A stretch of DNA of 64,000 nucleotides, taken from the NCBI GenBank assembly GCA_036136335.1, contig JAYZQT010000056.1, positions 25,797 through 89,796 of the forward strand, written 5' to 3'. This stretch comes from Pseudomonadota bacterium. Lineage in GTDB: Bacteria > Pseudomonadota > Alphaproteobacteria > MPNO01 > UBA830. Position 1 is the first letter of the stretch, and each line of letters opens with the position of its first letter. Positions 55,603-64,000 of this stretch are shown one piece after another. Below the pieces are notes generated by a model that saw only the letters and a program-made list of their open reading frames with translations, was not told where the DNA came from and ran no database searches. The translations under genes were made by a program, and so were the position numbers.

Positions 55603-57972
55603 ATGGCCGATGGCGGTGCCGTTGACGGCAAGGGAATTGGTGCACGCGTCCTTAGAAAGGAGGATGCCCGGCATCTTGCCGGTCGAGGAAAATTTACGTC
55701 GGACTTCCGGCGCCCCGGCCAGCAGGAAATAGCCTTCGTTCGCAGCTCCGTAGCCCATGGCCGGATAAAAGCGATAATCAAGCCCGCCGGCTTCGAGGAC
55801 GCGGTTTTCACCGCGGCGGACATGCCCGATCTCAAGCCTATGCGAGCACCTTCAAAGCTGCCGGGTTATAAGGTTTCGGACTATCCGGCACTCGCGATCA
55901 ACAAGGTACGTTATGCCGGAGAACCCATCGCGGCCTGCGTTGCTGATACTCGCGCGGAAGCCGAAGATATTGCACAGATGGTCGACGTCGATTACGAAAC
56001 CTTGCCGGCACTGACCGATATGCTGGTGGCCAAGGCCGAGGGTGCAACGCTCATCCACGAGGAATGGGAAAACAATATTGTATTTGAAACGTTCTCTGAC
56101 GACGATTTTAGCAAGATCGCAGAAGAAGCAACTGTCGTAATAAAACGCGAATACCGGATGGCTCGCCAGGCGATGAACCCAATGGAAGGCAAAGCGGTCT
56201 TTGCCGAGTGGGATGACCGGACGGATCAGCTGATGATGTGGACATCGACACAGGTGCCACATTTAATACGCACTGGCCTCGCGGAATTTCTAGAATTGGA
56301 GCAACGCCAGGTGCGAGTTATAGCGCCTGATGTTGGTGGTGGTTTTGGGTGCAAGGCGCTTCTACAACCGGAAGAATTGCTTGCTGGCTGGCTGACATGC
56401 AAACTGCAGTGTCCAGTCCGCTGGATTGAAGATCGACGAGAACATCTTGTTACCGGCGCGAATTGTCGAGAACATCACTACTTCGTAACGCTCCATGCGA
56501 CACCCGACGGACGCCTGCTAGGCCTTGATTGCGATGTTACCGTCGATGCGGGCGCCTATTCTGTTTACCCTTTCACAAACGGCCTTGAGGGGGCGATGGC
56601 CCACGGGAATCTTCCCGGCCCATACGATATACAGGCTTATCGATGCCGCACACAGACGACTGTCACCAACAAGCCGGGCCTCATGCCGTATCGCGGTGTT
56701 GCGCGCCCAGGCGTCTGTTTCGCGATGGAAATGACCATTGACGCCCTAGCCCGTGAAATTGGGATGGAACCGCACGAAATTCGTGTCAAAAACATGATCC
56801 CGGAAGACAAAATGCCTTTCATGTCGATCGCCAAGAAACATTTCGATAGCGGCAACTACGCCAAGAGCGTCAGAATGGCTGCCGATATGATCGGACTTGA
56901 AAAAATTCGTGAAAACCAAGGCCAAACTGAGGGTAGTTCTCGACTCATTGGTGTGGGGATGGGTTCTTATGTTGAACAGACAGCGCACGGGACGTCCGTG
57001 TTTTCCAGCTGGGGTGTTGCCATGGTTCCGGGTTACGAACAGGCGACCGTTCGGCTGACGCCGGACGGTGGGCTTGAACTTCGTATCGGTGTGCAAAGCC
57101 ACGGCCAGGGCATGGAAACCTCCATGGCGCAAATGGCGCATGAAGTGCTGGGCATTGATCCGGATCGCGTGGCAGTAACTCACGGTGATACCGGGCTCAC
57201 GCCTTATTCTACCGGCACCTACGCATCCCGCAGCATGGTGATGGCTGGTGGTGCTACGGCTCGAGCCTGCCGGGTGTTGGCCGAACGGATGGAAATAATT
57301 GGTGCCCACCTCCTGCAGTGCGAGCGTTCGGAAGTAAGTATTGTTGGTGGGAGGATCGTTAGCGGAAAGGGTGAGGTTTCGTTCGCAGAAGTCGGACGCG
57401 TGTGGTATTTAAATCCAGACGAACTTCCAGACGATGTTGATCAGGGTGGGGTCGAAGTGACCATGGGATATCGTCCGGAACCTGATTCCGGAGCTTTCAC
57501 ATATGCCAGTCACGCCTGCAGGGTCGCCGTAGATATTGACACTGGTAAGGTAAAGGTTCTCGACTATGTGATTGTTGAAGATTGCGGAACAATGGTCAAT
57601 CCGATGATTGTCGAAGGGCAAACCTACGGTGGAGCAACCCAGGGTATAGGCACAGCGTTGCTGGAAGAAAGCCCTTATGATGAACTCGGGAACCCGGGAG
57701 CGTCCACTTTTGCGGATTACATGATGCCCGGCGCAACCGATGCGCCACACTACCGAATTGACCACCTAGAAAGTCCTTCCCCGTTTACAGAATATGGTAT
57801 CAAGGGAATGGGAGAAGGTGGAACAATCCCCACTCCCGCTGCTATAGGAAATGCGATAAATGATGCGCTCAGGGGTATAGGCGCCGAGGTGACAGAGACG
57901 CCATTTACGCCGCGTCGCGTGCGCGCTGCCATAGGTGTGGCGTTGAAAAAAAATGAAGGAGCCGCAGAATGA
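55603..57972 (+). CDS. xanthine dehydrogenase family molybdopterin-binding large subunit (CoxL form II-like), paralog 1
   Basis: GARVLRKED N-terminus, active-site loop PYRGVARPG, KGMGEGG near the C-terminus. 789 aa. Confidence 0.9.
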   Translation: MADGGAVDGKGIGARVLRKEDARHLAGRGKFTSDFRRPGQQEIAFVRSSVAHGRIKAIIKPAGFEDAVFTAADMPDLKPMRAPSKLPGYKVSDYPALAINKVRYAGEPIAACVADTRAEAEDIAQMVDVDYETLPALTDMLVAKAEGATLIHEEWENNIVFETFSDDDFSKIAEEATVVIKREYRMARQAMNPMEGKAVFAEWDDRTDQLMMWTSTQVPHLIRTGLAEFLELEQRQVRVIAPDVGGGFGCKALLQPEELLAGWLTCKLQCPVRWIEDRREHLVTGANCREHHYFVTLHATPDGRLLGLDCDVTVDAGAYSVYPFTNGLEGAMAHGNLPGPYDIQAYRCRTQTTVTNKPGLMPYRGVARPGVCFAMEMTIDALAREIGMEPHEIRVKNMIPEDKMPFMSIAKKHFDSGNYAKSVRMAADMIGLEKIRENQGQTEGSSRLIGVGMGSYVEQTAHGTSVFSSWGVAMVPGYEQATVRLTPDGGLELRIGVQSHGQGMETSMAQMAHEVLGIDPDRVAVTHGDTGLTPYSTGTYASRSMVMAGGATARACRVLAERMEIIGAHLLQCERSEVSIVGGRIVSGKGEVSFAEVGRVWYLNPDELPDDVDQGGVEVTMGYRPEPDSGAFTYASHACRVAVDIDTGKVKVLDYVIVEDCGTMVNPMIVEGQTYGGATQGIGTALLEESPYDELGNPGASTFADYMMPGATDAPHYRIDHLESPSPFTEYGIKGMGEGGTIPTPAAIGNAINDALRGIGAEVTETPFTPRRVRAAIGVALKKNEGAAE

Positions 57973-58784
57973 AATCTGCCAAATTTGACCATCAACGAAC
58001 GCCTTCGCTGGAGAACGCTCTGGAACTGTTGGGCGGGGCAGAAGGAGAAACCCGCGTCCTTGGGGGGGGGCAGTCACTTGGCCCGATGATGAACCTGCGC
58101 CTCGCCCAGCCGGACCAGTTGATTGACCTTGGTCTTGTTGAGGGACTAGCCGAAATAGAAACCGACAGCGACCGGGTTCGGATTGGAGCCCGGGTTACGC
58201 ATGCTCGGATTGAGGATGGCGAGATACCTGGTGTGACCGGTGCATATATGCAGTTTGTGGCATCTGGAATTTCCTATCGGTCGGTTCGTAATCGGGGAAC
58301 TATTGGTGGCTCTATTGCCCATGCCGACCCGGCGGCGGATTGGCCATCGGCACTTCTTGCACTCGGTGGAGAGGTGATCGTAGCCACCCAGAATGGAAAC
58401 AAAAATCTATCGTTGGACGGCTTTCAGACTGGCCCATTCGCGACGGGTTTGGGCTTTGATGAAATTCTCGTCGGATTTGATCTTCCGGCACTTCTCGATG
58501 ATACCAAGACCGGATACTACAAGGTGAACCGTAAACCAGGGGAGTTTGCTGACGCGATTGGCGCAGTCATTGTTGGCCCGGAGGCTCGGGCGGTTTGCGG
58601 TGCGACAAAATCAGCACCCTTCCGGGTTTCTGGGATTGAGGAAAAACTTGGATCTGGGACGAGTCAGCTCGCTGTAGGTGATGTTCGCGAAATGATCGAG
58701 GTCCATGACCCCGGCTTCGATGATTATGAATTGCAGATTCATGCCGTTGCCCTCAGTCGTTCCATCGAGAGGGCTTTCGCATGA
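57969..58784 (+). CDS. FAD-binding medium subunit (CoxM-like)
   Basis: RVLGGGQSLGPMMNLRL and RNRGTIGGS motifs. ATGA overlap with the upstream large subunit. Confidence 0.85.
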   Translation: MKSAKFDHQRTPSLENALELLGGAEGETRVLGGGQSLGPMMNLRLAQPDQLIDLGLVEGLAEIETDSDRVRIGARVTHARIEDGEIPGVTGAYMQFVASGISYRSVRNRGTIGGSIAHADPAADWPSALLALGGEVIVATQNGNKNLSLDGFQTGPFATGLGFDEILVGFDLPALLDDTKTGYYKVNRKPGEFADAIGAVIVGPEARAVCGATKSAPFRVSGIEEKLGSGTSQLAVGDVREMIEVHDPGFDDYELQIHAVALSRSIERAFA

Positions 58785-59248
58785 GTGCATTGTCGATCAT
58801 TTTGAACGGCGAGGCCGTTGTCGCAGACATAGAACCGCGCCTTTCTCTGGCGGATTTTATTCGTGATCATCGTCGGCTGACGGGTACTCACCTGGGTTGC
58901 GAACACGGTGTTTGCGGTGCGTGCACGGTCCTGATGAACGGCGAGCCGGTTCGCTCCTGCATTACTTTTGCCGTGGTGGCCGACGGGGCGGAAATCACGA
59001 CCATAGAAGGCTTTGACGACGACCAGCCCATGGCCCAATTGCGTCAGGCTTTTCACGAGAATCACGCGCTACAGTGTGGTTACTGCACACCAGGAATGCT
59101 GGTTGCAGCACGGGATATAGTTACACGAATACCCGACGCGGACGAGGCACGCGTGCGACTAGAACTCGCTGGAAATCTGTGCCGATGCACAGGATATGTC
59201 GGGATCGTGAACGCGATCCTGTCGGTCATTCAGCAACGCCAGGGATAA
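58781..59248 (+). CDS. (2Fe-2S)-binding small subunit (CoxS-like)
   Basis: CEHGVCGACTV, QCGYCTPGM and NLCRCTGY. ATGA overlap with the FAD subunit. Confidence 0.9.
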   Translation: MSALSIILNGEAVVADIEPRLSLADFIRDHRRLTGTHLGCEHGVCGACTVLMNGEPVRSCITFAVVADGAEITTIEGFDDDQPMAQLRQAFHENHALQCGYCTPGMLVAARDIVTRIPDADEARVRLELAGNLCRCTGYVGIVNAILSVIQQRQG

Positions 59249-59266
59249 AGCGGTAAAGCGAGTTTA

Positions 59267-61609
59267 ATGGCCGACGAAACTCCAGAATTTGGTATCGGCG
59301 CGCGTGTTTTGCGGAAGGAAGACAAGCGCTTTCTCAATGGAAAAGGGCGTTATGTTGCTGACATCACGCGCCCTGGAATGCTCGAGGCAGCCATCGTTCG
59401 GAGCCCGGTTGCCCACGCTAATTCGCTGTTGGTCAAAAAACCACTCGGCGCTGAGGACAGGGTTTTCATTGCAGAAGACCTAGCAGCCAGCGGGGTTAAA
59501 CCGATCCATGTTGTTTCAAAATACCCAGGCCACCGCGCTGCGGATTATCCACATCTAGCATCCGGGAAACTCCGTTTTGTTGGAGAGGCAGTGGCCGTGT
59601 GTCTCGCGGAGACACGCGCTCAGGCAGAAGATCTCGCAGCTCAAACCAGCGTCGGGTTTGACACCTTGCCTCCGGTTGTCGAGATGCTTGCGGCAGTGGA
59701 AGAAAATTCAACAAAGATCCACGAAGACTGGGACGATAACGTCATCCTCGATTCACTATTTGAGGAAAACGAAAAGGCCATGGGTGACTCTGTGGTTTCG
59801 ATCACTCGGTCGCTTCGCATGAACCGGCAGGCCGTCAATCCACTAGAAGGCGCGGCGGTACTTGCCGAGTGGGACGAGCGTGAAGACCGCCTGGTCGTTC
59901 ACAGTGCATCCCAGATCCCGCATGTGCTAAAGAATGCACTTTGTGAGTGTCTGGGGCTCCGCCAGAACCAGGTGCATGTCATCGCTCCTGACGTAGGTGG
60001 TGGTTTTGGCTACAAGTGTGTTTTAGTACCGGAAGAAATTTTTATCCCTTGGGTTGCGATGCAGATCAGGAAACCTGTTCGCTGGTCGCAGGACCGTCGC
60101 GAACATCTCATTGCGGCCGCAAACGCTCGGGAACACCATTATTCAGTCACGTTGCATGCTGATGCGGAGGGGAATTTTATAGGCGTTGAGGCTGATGTGG
60201 TGGTGGATTCGGGCGCATATTCGGTCTATCCCCACTCCAACATACTTGAATCGACAATGGCTGGTCGGACTTTGCATGGCCCATACAGATTGGCGTCCTA
60301 TAAGGTCCGCTCCCGCGCGGTAGCGACCAACAAACCGCCCATCGTGCCCTACCGCGGTGTGGCCCGGCCCGGAATATGTTTTGCTATGGAACTAGCGGTC
60401 GATGCGCTGGCTCGCAAACTGAATAGAGAGCCAAGTGAATTGAGAGCACAGAATCTCGTTCTTCCTGATGAAATGCCATATAAAACGATCACCGGCGGCG
60501 AGTTTGACAGTGGAGACTATCCAGCGGCGCTGCGCAGGGCGGTAGAGCTAATCGATCTACCTGCCGTAAGGACCCGACAAAAACAGGGCGAGCCAGACGG
60601 CAGGCTGATAGGAGTTGGTTTCGGGAGTTACATCGAAATGACTGCCCTTCAGACGTCCGCCGCGGCACGTGCGGGGCTGGCAGCAAACCCGGGGTATGAA
60701 CAGGCCCATATTCGTTTGACCCCTGATGGCGGGCTGGAGATTGGTGTCGGCGTCCAAAATCATGGTCAGGGAATGGAAACCACACTCGCACAGGTGGCCT
60801 GCGAAAAATTTGGATTAGGTATTGATATGGTCGTTATCCGTCATGGTGACACCGCAACGTCTCCATATTCTACCGGCACATATGCTTCCCGCTCGATGGT
60901 CATGGCGGGTGGGGCTATTGCGCGTACGTGCGATGTTCTGGCCGAGCGTATAAAGAAGATTGGGTCGCATTTACTGCAGTGTGCCACTCCAGATACACGA
61001 ATCGAGAACGCGTGCGTTATTGGTCCAAACGGTGAAGTAACGATGGCCGAGGTAGCTCGCGTCTGGCATCGAAACCCGGAAGAATTGCCTGACGACGTGG
61101 ATCCGGCGGGGGTTGAGGTCACCTCTGGCTATCGGCCATCGCCTGATAAAAGCCCATTCTCCTATGCAACTCATGCAGCGATCGTCGCGGTTGATACTGA
61201 GCTGGGGCATGTGGAGATTCTTGATTATGTTATTTCCGAGGATTGCGGCACGATCGTGAACCCCCTGATTGTGGATGGTCAAATTATTGGCGGTGCGCTG
61301 CAGGGTGTAGGTACTGCTCTGTTTGAAGAATCACGTTTTGACACAGACGGCCAGCCACTGTCTTCAACGTTTGCGGACTATATGATGCCCGGTTCCACCC
61401 ATCTATCAAAGATCCGTCTCGACCATCTTGTGACCCCGTCGCCACTGACCGAATTCGGTGTGAAGGGGCTCGGCGAAGGCGGCGCAATCCCGCCACCCGC
61501 TACAATCGCTAACGCCGTGAACGATGCACTGTATAACCTGGGTGTTGAAGTAGATGAAACGCCGATCACTCCCCGCCGAGTACTTGCCAAACTCGCGTCC
61601 GCGCAATAA
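59267..61609 (+). CDS. xanthine dehydrogenase family molybdopterin-binding large subunit (CoxL form II-like), paralog 2
   Basis: Collinear with 55603-57972 over its full length. It has the same PYRGVARPG loop and KGLGEGG. 780 aa. Confidence 0.9.
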   Translation: MADETPEFGIGARVLRKEDKRFLNGKGRYVADITRPGMLEAAIVRSPVAHANSLLVKKPLGAEDRVFIAEDLAASGVKPIHVVSKYPGHRAADYPHLASGKLRFVGEAVAVCLAETRAQAEDLAAQTSVGFDTLPPVVEMLAAVEENSTKIHEDWDDNVILDSLFEENEKAMGDSVVSITRSLRMNRQAVNPLEGAAVLAEWDEREDRLVVHSASQIPHVLKNALCECLGLRQNQVHVIAPDVGGGFGYKCVLVPEEIFIPWVAMQIRKPVRWSQDRREHLIAAANAREHHYSVTLHADAEGNFIGVEADVVVDSGAYSVYPHSNILESTMAGRTLHGPYRLASYKVRSRAVATNKPPIVPYRGVARPGICFAMELAVDALARKLNREPSELRAQNLVLPDEMPYKTITGGEFDSGDYPAALRRAVELIDLPAVRTRQKQGEPDGRLIGVGFGSYIEMTALQTSAAARAGLAANPGYEQAHIRLTPDGGLEIGVGVQNHGQGMETTLAQVACEKFGLGIDMVVIRHGDTATSPYSTGTYASRSMVMAGGAIARTCDVLAERIKKIGSHLLQCATPDTRIENACVIGPNGEVTMAEVARVWHRNPEELPDDVDPAGVEVTSGYRPSPDKSPFSYATHAAIVAVDTELGHVEILDYVISEDCGTIVNPLIVDGQIIGGALQGVGTALFEESRFDTDGQPLSSTFADYMMPGSTHLSKIRLDHLVTPSPLTEFGVKGLGEGGAIPPPATIANAVNDALYNLGVEVDETPITPRRVLAKLASAQ

Positions 61610-61797
61610 TGCCAGGGAGCAAATTTCTGAACTGGCAAATAATGAACGGGGTCGGAATAGTCCGAATACGCACAGCCAGACTTCGTAGCCTTGAAATTGG
61701 TATTACCTGGGTCTAGTCGGTTTTACTGTTTGGCAGCGACCCGAATTACCTATTAAGGTGCCATTTCTCGCATTGGAAAATCAGGAAAACTTTGACG

Positions 61798-63144
61798 ATG
61801 GGCGGAAAACGGCAAATTAGGCTCAACGCTTTCATGCGGCCGACCACAATTCATACGGGCAGCTGGCGTTGGCCGGGTGCATTTGCGGACGCAAACTTTA
61901 ACTTTGGGCATATAAAAATGTTTGCCCAAAGACTCGAACAAGCGAAGTTCGACAGTTTTTTTATGGCGGATCACCTGGCCGTTCTGAATATGCCACCAGA
62001 GGCACTGAGGAGGTCAACTACGCCGACCTCATTTGAACCATTTACACTTTTATCAGCCCTGTCGATGGCGACGGAGAGGCTTGGTCTAATGGCGACCGGA
62101 TCGACGACGTATGATGAACCCTATCATATTGCCCGGCGATTTGCCTCACTTGACCACATCAGTGCCGGTCGGGCGGGCTGGAATATTGTTACCACCTCGA
62201 ACCCTGATGCTTCAAAGAACTTTGGCAAGGAAGAACACCTTGAGCATGCAGAACGATACACGCGGGCTCGGGAGTTCTATGACGTTGTCACCGGTCTTTG
62301 GGACAGCTGGGCCGAGGACGCATTTGTTAGGGATCAGGACGCCGGAGTTTTTATGAATCCGGAAAGGATGCACGTGCTCGATCATCGGGGTAAATATTTC
62401 AATGTCCGGGGCCCACTGAACATCGCCCGCCCCGTCCAGGGGTGGCCGGTAATTGTTCAGGCCGGTGGATCCGAGGCCGGCCGTCAGCTAGCAGCTGAAA
62501 CAGCGGAAGCAGTTTTTTCCGCGCAAAGTGGCCTTGAGGCAGGGCAGGCGTTTTATAAAGATGTGAAAGGCCGTATGAAATTGGTTGGGCGAAATCCCGA
62601 TCATCTGAAAATCATGCCTGGCTGCCTGATCATCGTGGGCGATACGCTGGAGGAAGCCAGGGCTAGGCGCACCAAACTTGACGGGCTTGTGCACGAGGAG
62701 AGTGCCATTGCCTCCCTGTCGATAACGCTGGGGGTTGATGCATCTTCATTTGATCCGGAAGGATTTCTTCCTGACAATTTACCGGAGAGTAACGCGACCA
62801 AATCGGGTCGTGATCGTGCAATTTTACTGGCGGACAGAGAGCGCCTGACCGTTCGTCAGTTGGCCCAGCGTCTAGGCGGATATTCTGGCCTTGCCATGGT
62901 CGGAACGCCAGAAACGATCGCTGACGAAATGGAAGAATGGCTCGAAACCGACGGAAGTGACGGGTTCACCATTCATTTTCCGTTTCTGCCGGATGGGCTC
63001 AACGATGTGGTTGATCGCGTTATACCGGAAATTCAGAGACGGGGCTTGTTTCGAATGGAATATGAAGGCCAGACCCTGAGGGAAAATCTTGGTTTGCCAA
63101 GGCCCGAAAATCGGTTTTTTTCCGAACGCAACGCCGCCGAATAA
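61798..63144 (+). CDS. NtaA/SnaA/DmoA-family FMN-dependent monooxygenase (LLM class)
   Basis: IRLNAFM...HTGSWRWPG...FDSFFMADHLAV is typical of nitrilotriacetate monooxygenase component A-like enzymes. The ATG is at 61798. The track ORF begins at a TTG at 61792. Confidence 0.85.
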   Translation: MGGKRQIRLNAFMRPTTIHTGSWRWPGAFADANFNFGHIKMFAQRLEQAKFDSFFMADHLAVLNMPPEALRRSTTPTSFEPFTLLSALSMATERLGLMATGSTTYDEPYHIARRFASLDHISAGRAGWNIVTTSNPDASKNFGKEEHLEHAERYTRAREFYDVVTGLWDSWAEDAFVRDQDAGVFMNPERMHVLDHRGKYFNVRGPLNIARPVQGWPVIVQAGGSEAGRQLAAETAEAVFSAQSGLEAGQAFYKDVKGRMKLVGRNPDHLKIMPGCLIIVGDTLEEARARRTKLDGLVHEESAIASLSITLGVDASSFDPEGFLPDNLPESNATKSGRDRAILLADRERLTVRQLAQRLGGYSGLAMVGTPETIADEMEEWLETDGSDGFTIHFPFLPDGLNDVVDRVIPEIQRRGLFRMEYEGQTLRENLGLPRPENRFFSERNAAE

Positions 63145-63147
63145 GTA

Positions 63148-63168
63148 CCCCCCCCCCCGGGGGGGGGG
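63148..63168. repeat. C11 G10 homopolymer palindrome
   Basis: Direct count: 11 C (63148-63158) immediately followed by 10 G (63159-63168), 3 nt after the TAA stop of the monooxygenase. Confidence 0.9.
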
Positions 63169-63412
63169 CTGTCCACAATGTCAAAAAAGGATAAAACAAG
63201 GCTGCTTTCGGGTCTGTTTTAATAAGCTACTGGCGCGATCTAAATGGTTTGGCACTGAGCTGATCTGGAAAACTTTCCTTTAAAAATTCCGCCTTTTAGT
63301 CGCTTTTAATACTTCAACGTCTTATGTTGCCCTGCATCTCGCCTGTCTGGATATGATGTTCTTGCTGCGTCAGAGATCGCTGAAATAAAAATGTTTGAAC
63401 TGGAGAAACACT

Positions 63413-64000
63413 GTGGCCGCCCTGCTGTCCGATATAGATCCCGATGGTCTTCTTGAGTTTTCAGTGGTCTTTAGTGATCGTTCTCTCAATCATATGTCGC
63501 AATCCTTTCAGGGGGTAATGACGGATATCTCTCAAACGCTGAAACGGGTATACAATGCAGCTTCCGTTACAATCGTCCCCGGGGGCGGGACCTACGGCAT
63601 GGAAGCAGTTGCGCGCCAATTTGCCACTGGGAAAAAATGCGTTGTGATCCGTAACGGCTGGTTTAGTTATCGGTGGTCCCAGATTTTTGATGCTGGCAAA
63701 ATTGCAGCGGAAGAAATTGTGCTGAAAGCAAGGCCTTTAGAACAGGGAACCCAGCAGGCTTTTGCTCCGGCGCCGCTCGAAGAAGTGGTCCGAACGATTG
63801 CGTCGGAGAAGCCGGACATCGTGTTCGCGCCACATGTTGAAACGGCATCTGGCATTATTTTGCCGGATGAATATATCCGCGTGGTATCGGACGCGATACA
63901 TGATGCGGGGGGTCTTTTTGTTTTGGATTGTGTCGCTTCAGGCACAGTCTGGCTAGACATGGAAAAACTGGGCATAGATGTCTTGATCAGTGCACCGCAA
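63413..64000 (+). CDS. class V aminotransferase-fold PLP enzyme (5' part; continues beyond the window end)
   Basis: My own translation from the GTG at 63413 (GGAGA 7 nt upstream) gives VAALLSDIDPDGLLEFSVVFSDRSLNHMSQSFQ...FAPHVETASGIILP...VLDCVASG...LISAPQ. This is the pattern of AGXT/PhnW-like aminotransferases. The frame is open to position 64000. Confidence 0.75.
   Translation, partial: MAALLSDIDPDGLLEFSVVFSDRSLNHMSQSFQGVMTDISQTLKRVYNAASVTIVPGGGTYGMEAVARQFATGKKCVVIRNGWFSYRWSQIFDAGKIAAEEIVLKARPLEQGTQQAFAPAPLEEVVRTIASEKPDIVFAPHVETASGIILPDEYIRVVSDAIHDAGGLFVLDCVASGTVWLDMEKLGIDVLISAPQ

Noticed and set aside
1-64000. Search for CRISPR arrays, tRNA/rRNA genes, insertion sequences, integrases, prophage or defence-system genes.
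   Set aside because: I found no direct-repeat arrays, no cloverleaf-like sequences in the larger intergenic regions, and no transposase, integrase, nuclease or ATPase defence-type ORFs. The window looks like ordinary chromosomal metabolic DNA. Detection by eye is imperfect, especially for small RNAs.

Overview
Dense bacterial chromosomal segment with about 60 protein-coding genes. Many have overlapping ATGA/GTGA stop-start junctions. I found no rRNA, tRNA, CRISPR array, transposase, integrase or phage genes. The content is mainly catabolic and transport, in these blocks. (A) 1-13.5 kb, minus strand: a long operon. It encodes a NicX-like ring-cleavage dioxygenase, CoxG, a three-subunit xanthine-dehydrogenase-family molybdoenzyme, an amidohydrolase, an amidinotransferase-fold enzyme and a LivKHMGF-type ABC importer. 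A TetR regulator and an SDR are transcribed divergently from it. (B) 15-24 kb: a block that looks lower in GC, made of flavoenzymes and oxygenases. It contains the most interesting feature of the window, an iodothyronine-deiodinase-like thioredoxin-fold gene (16716-17396). This gene is interrupted by one in-frame TGA at the expected selenocysteine position (GSFT-U-PPF), and a SECIS-like hairpin starts 8 nt downstream. (C) 24.4-27.7 kb: an operon of UbiD decarboxylase, PPOX-like flavoprotein and a split TPP decarboxylase. (D) 27.9-33 kb: peptidase Dcp, a carbamoyltransferase and an Ldh_2 dehydrogenase. (E) 33-43.4 kb: a meta-cleavage-type aromatic cluster (hydrolase, flavin monooxygenase, FAH, extradiol dioxygenase, PrpD-family protein) followed by a second LivKHMGF-type importer. 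(F) 43.7-49 kb: transporters, hydrolases and an LLM oxidoreductase. (G) 49.5-55.6 kb: tRNA modification genes queA-tgt-queG, dusA and the queuosine-precursor transporter yhhQ. (H) 55.6-63.1 kb: a second xanthine-dehydrogenase-family locus in the order L-M-S-L, with two paralogous large subunits, then an NtaA-type monooxygenase and a C11G10 homopolymer palindrome. The window ends inside a class V aminotransferase gene. All functional calls come from reading motifs and family resemblance by eye. No database search was possible.
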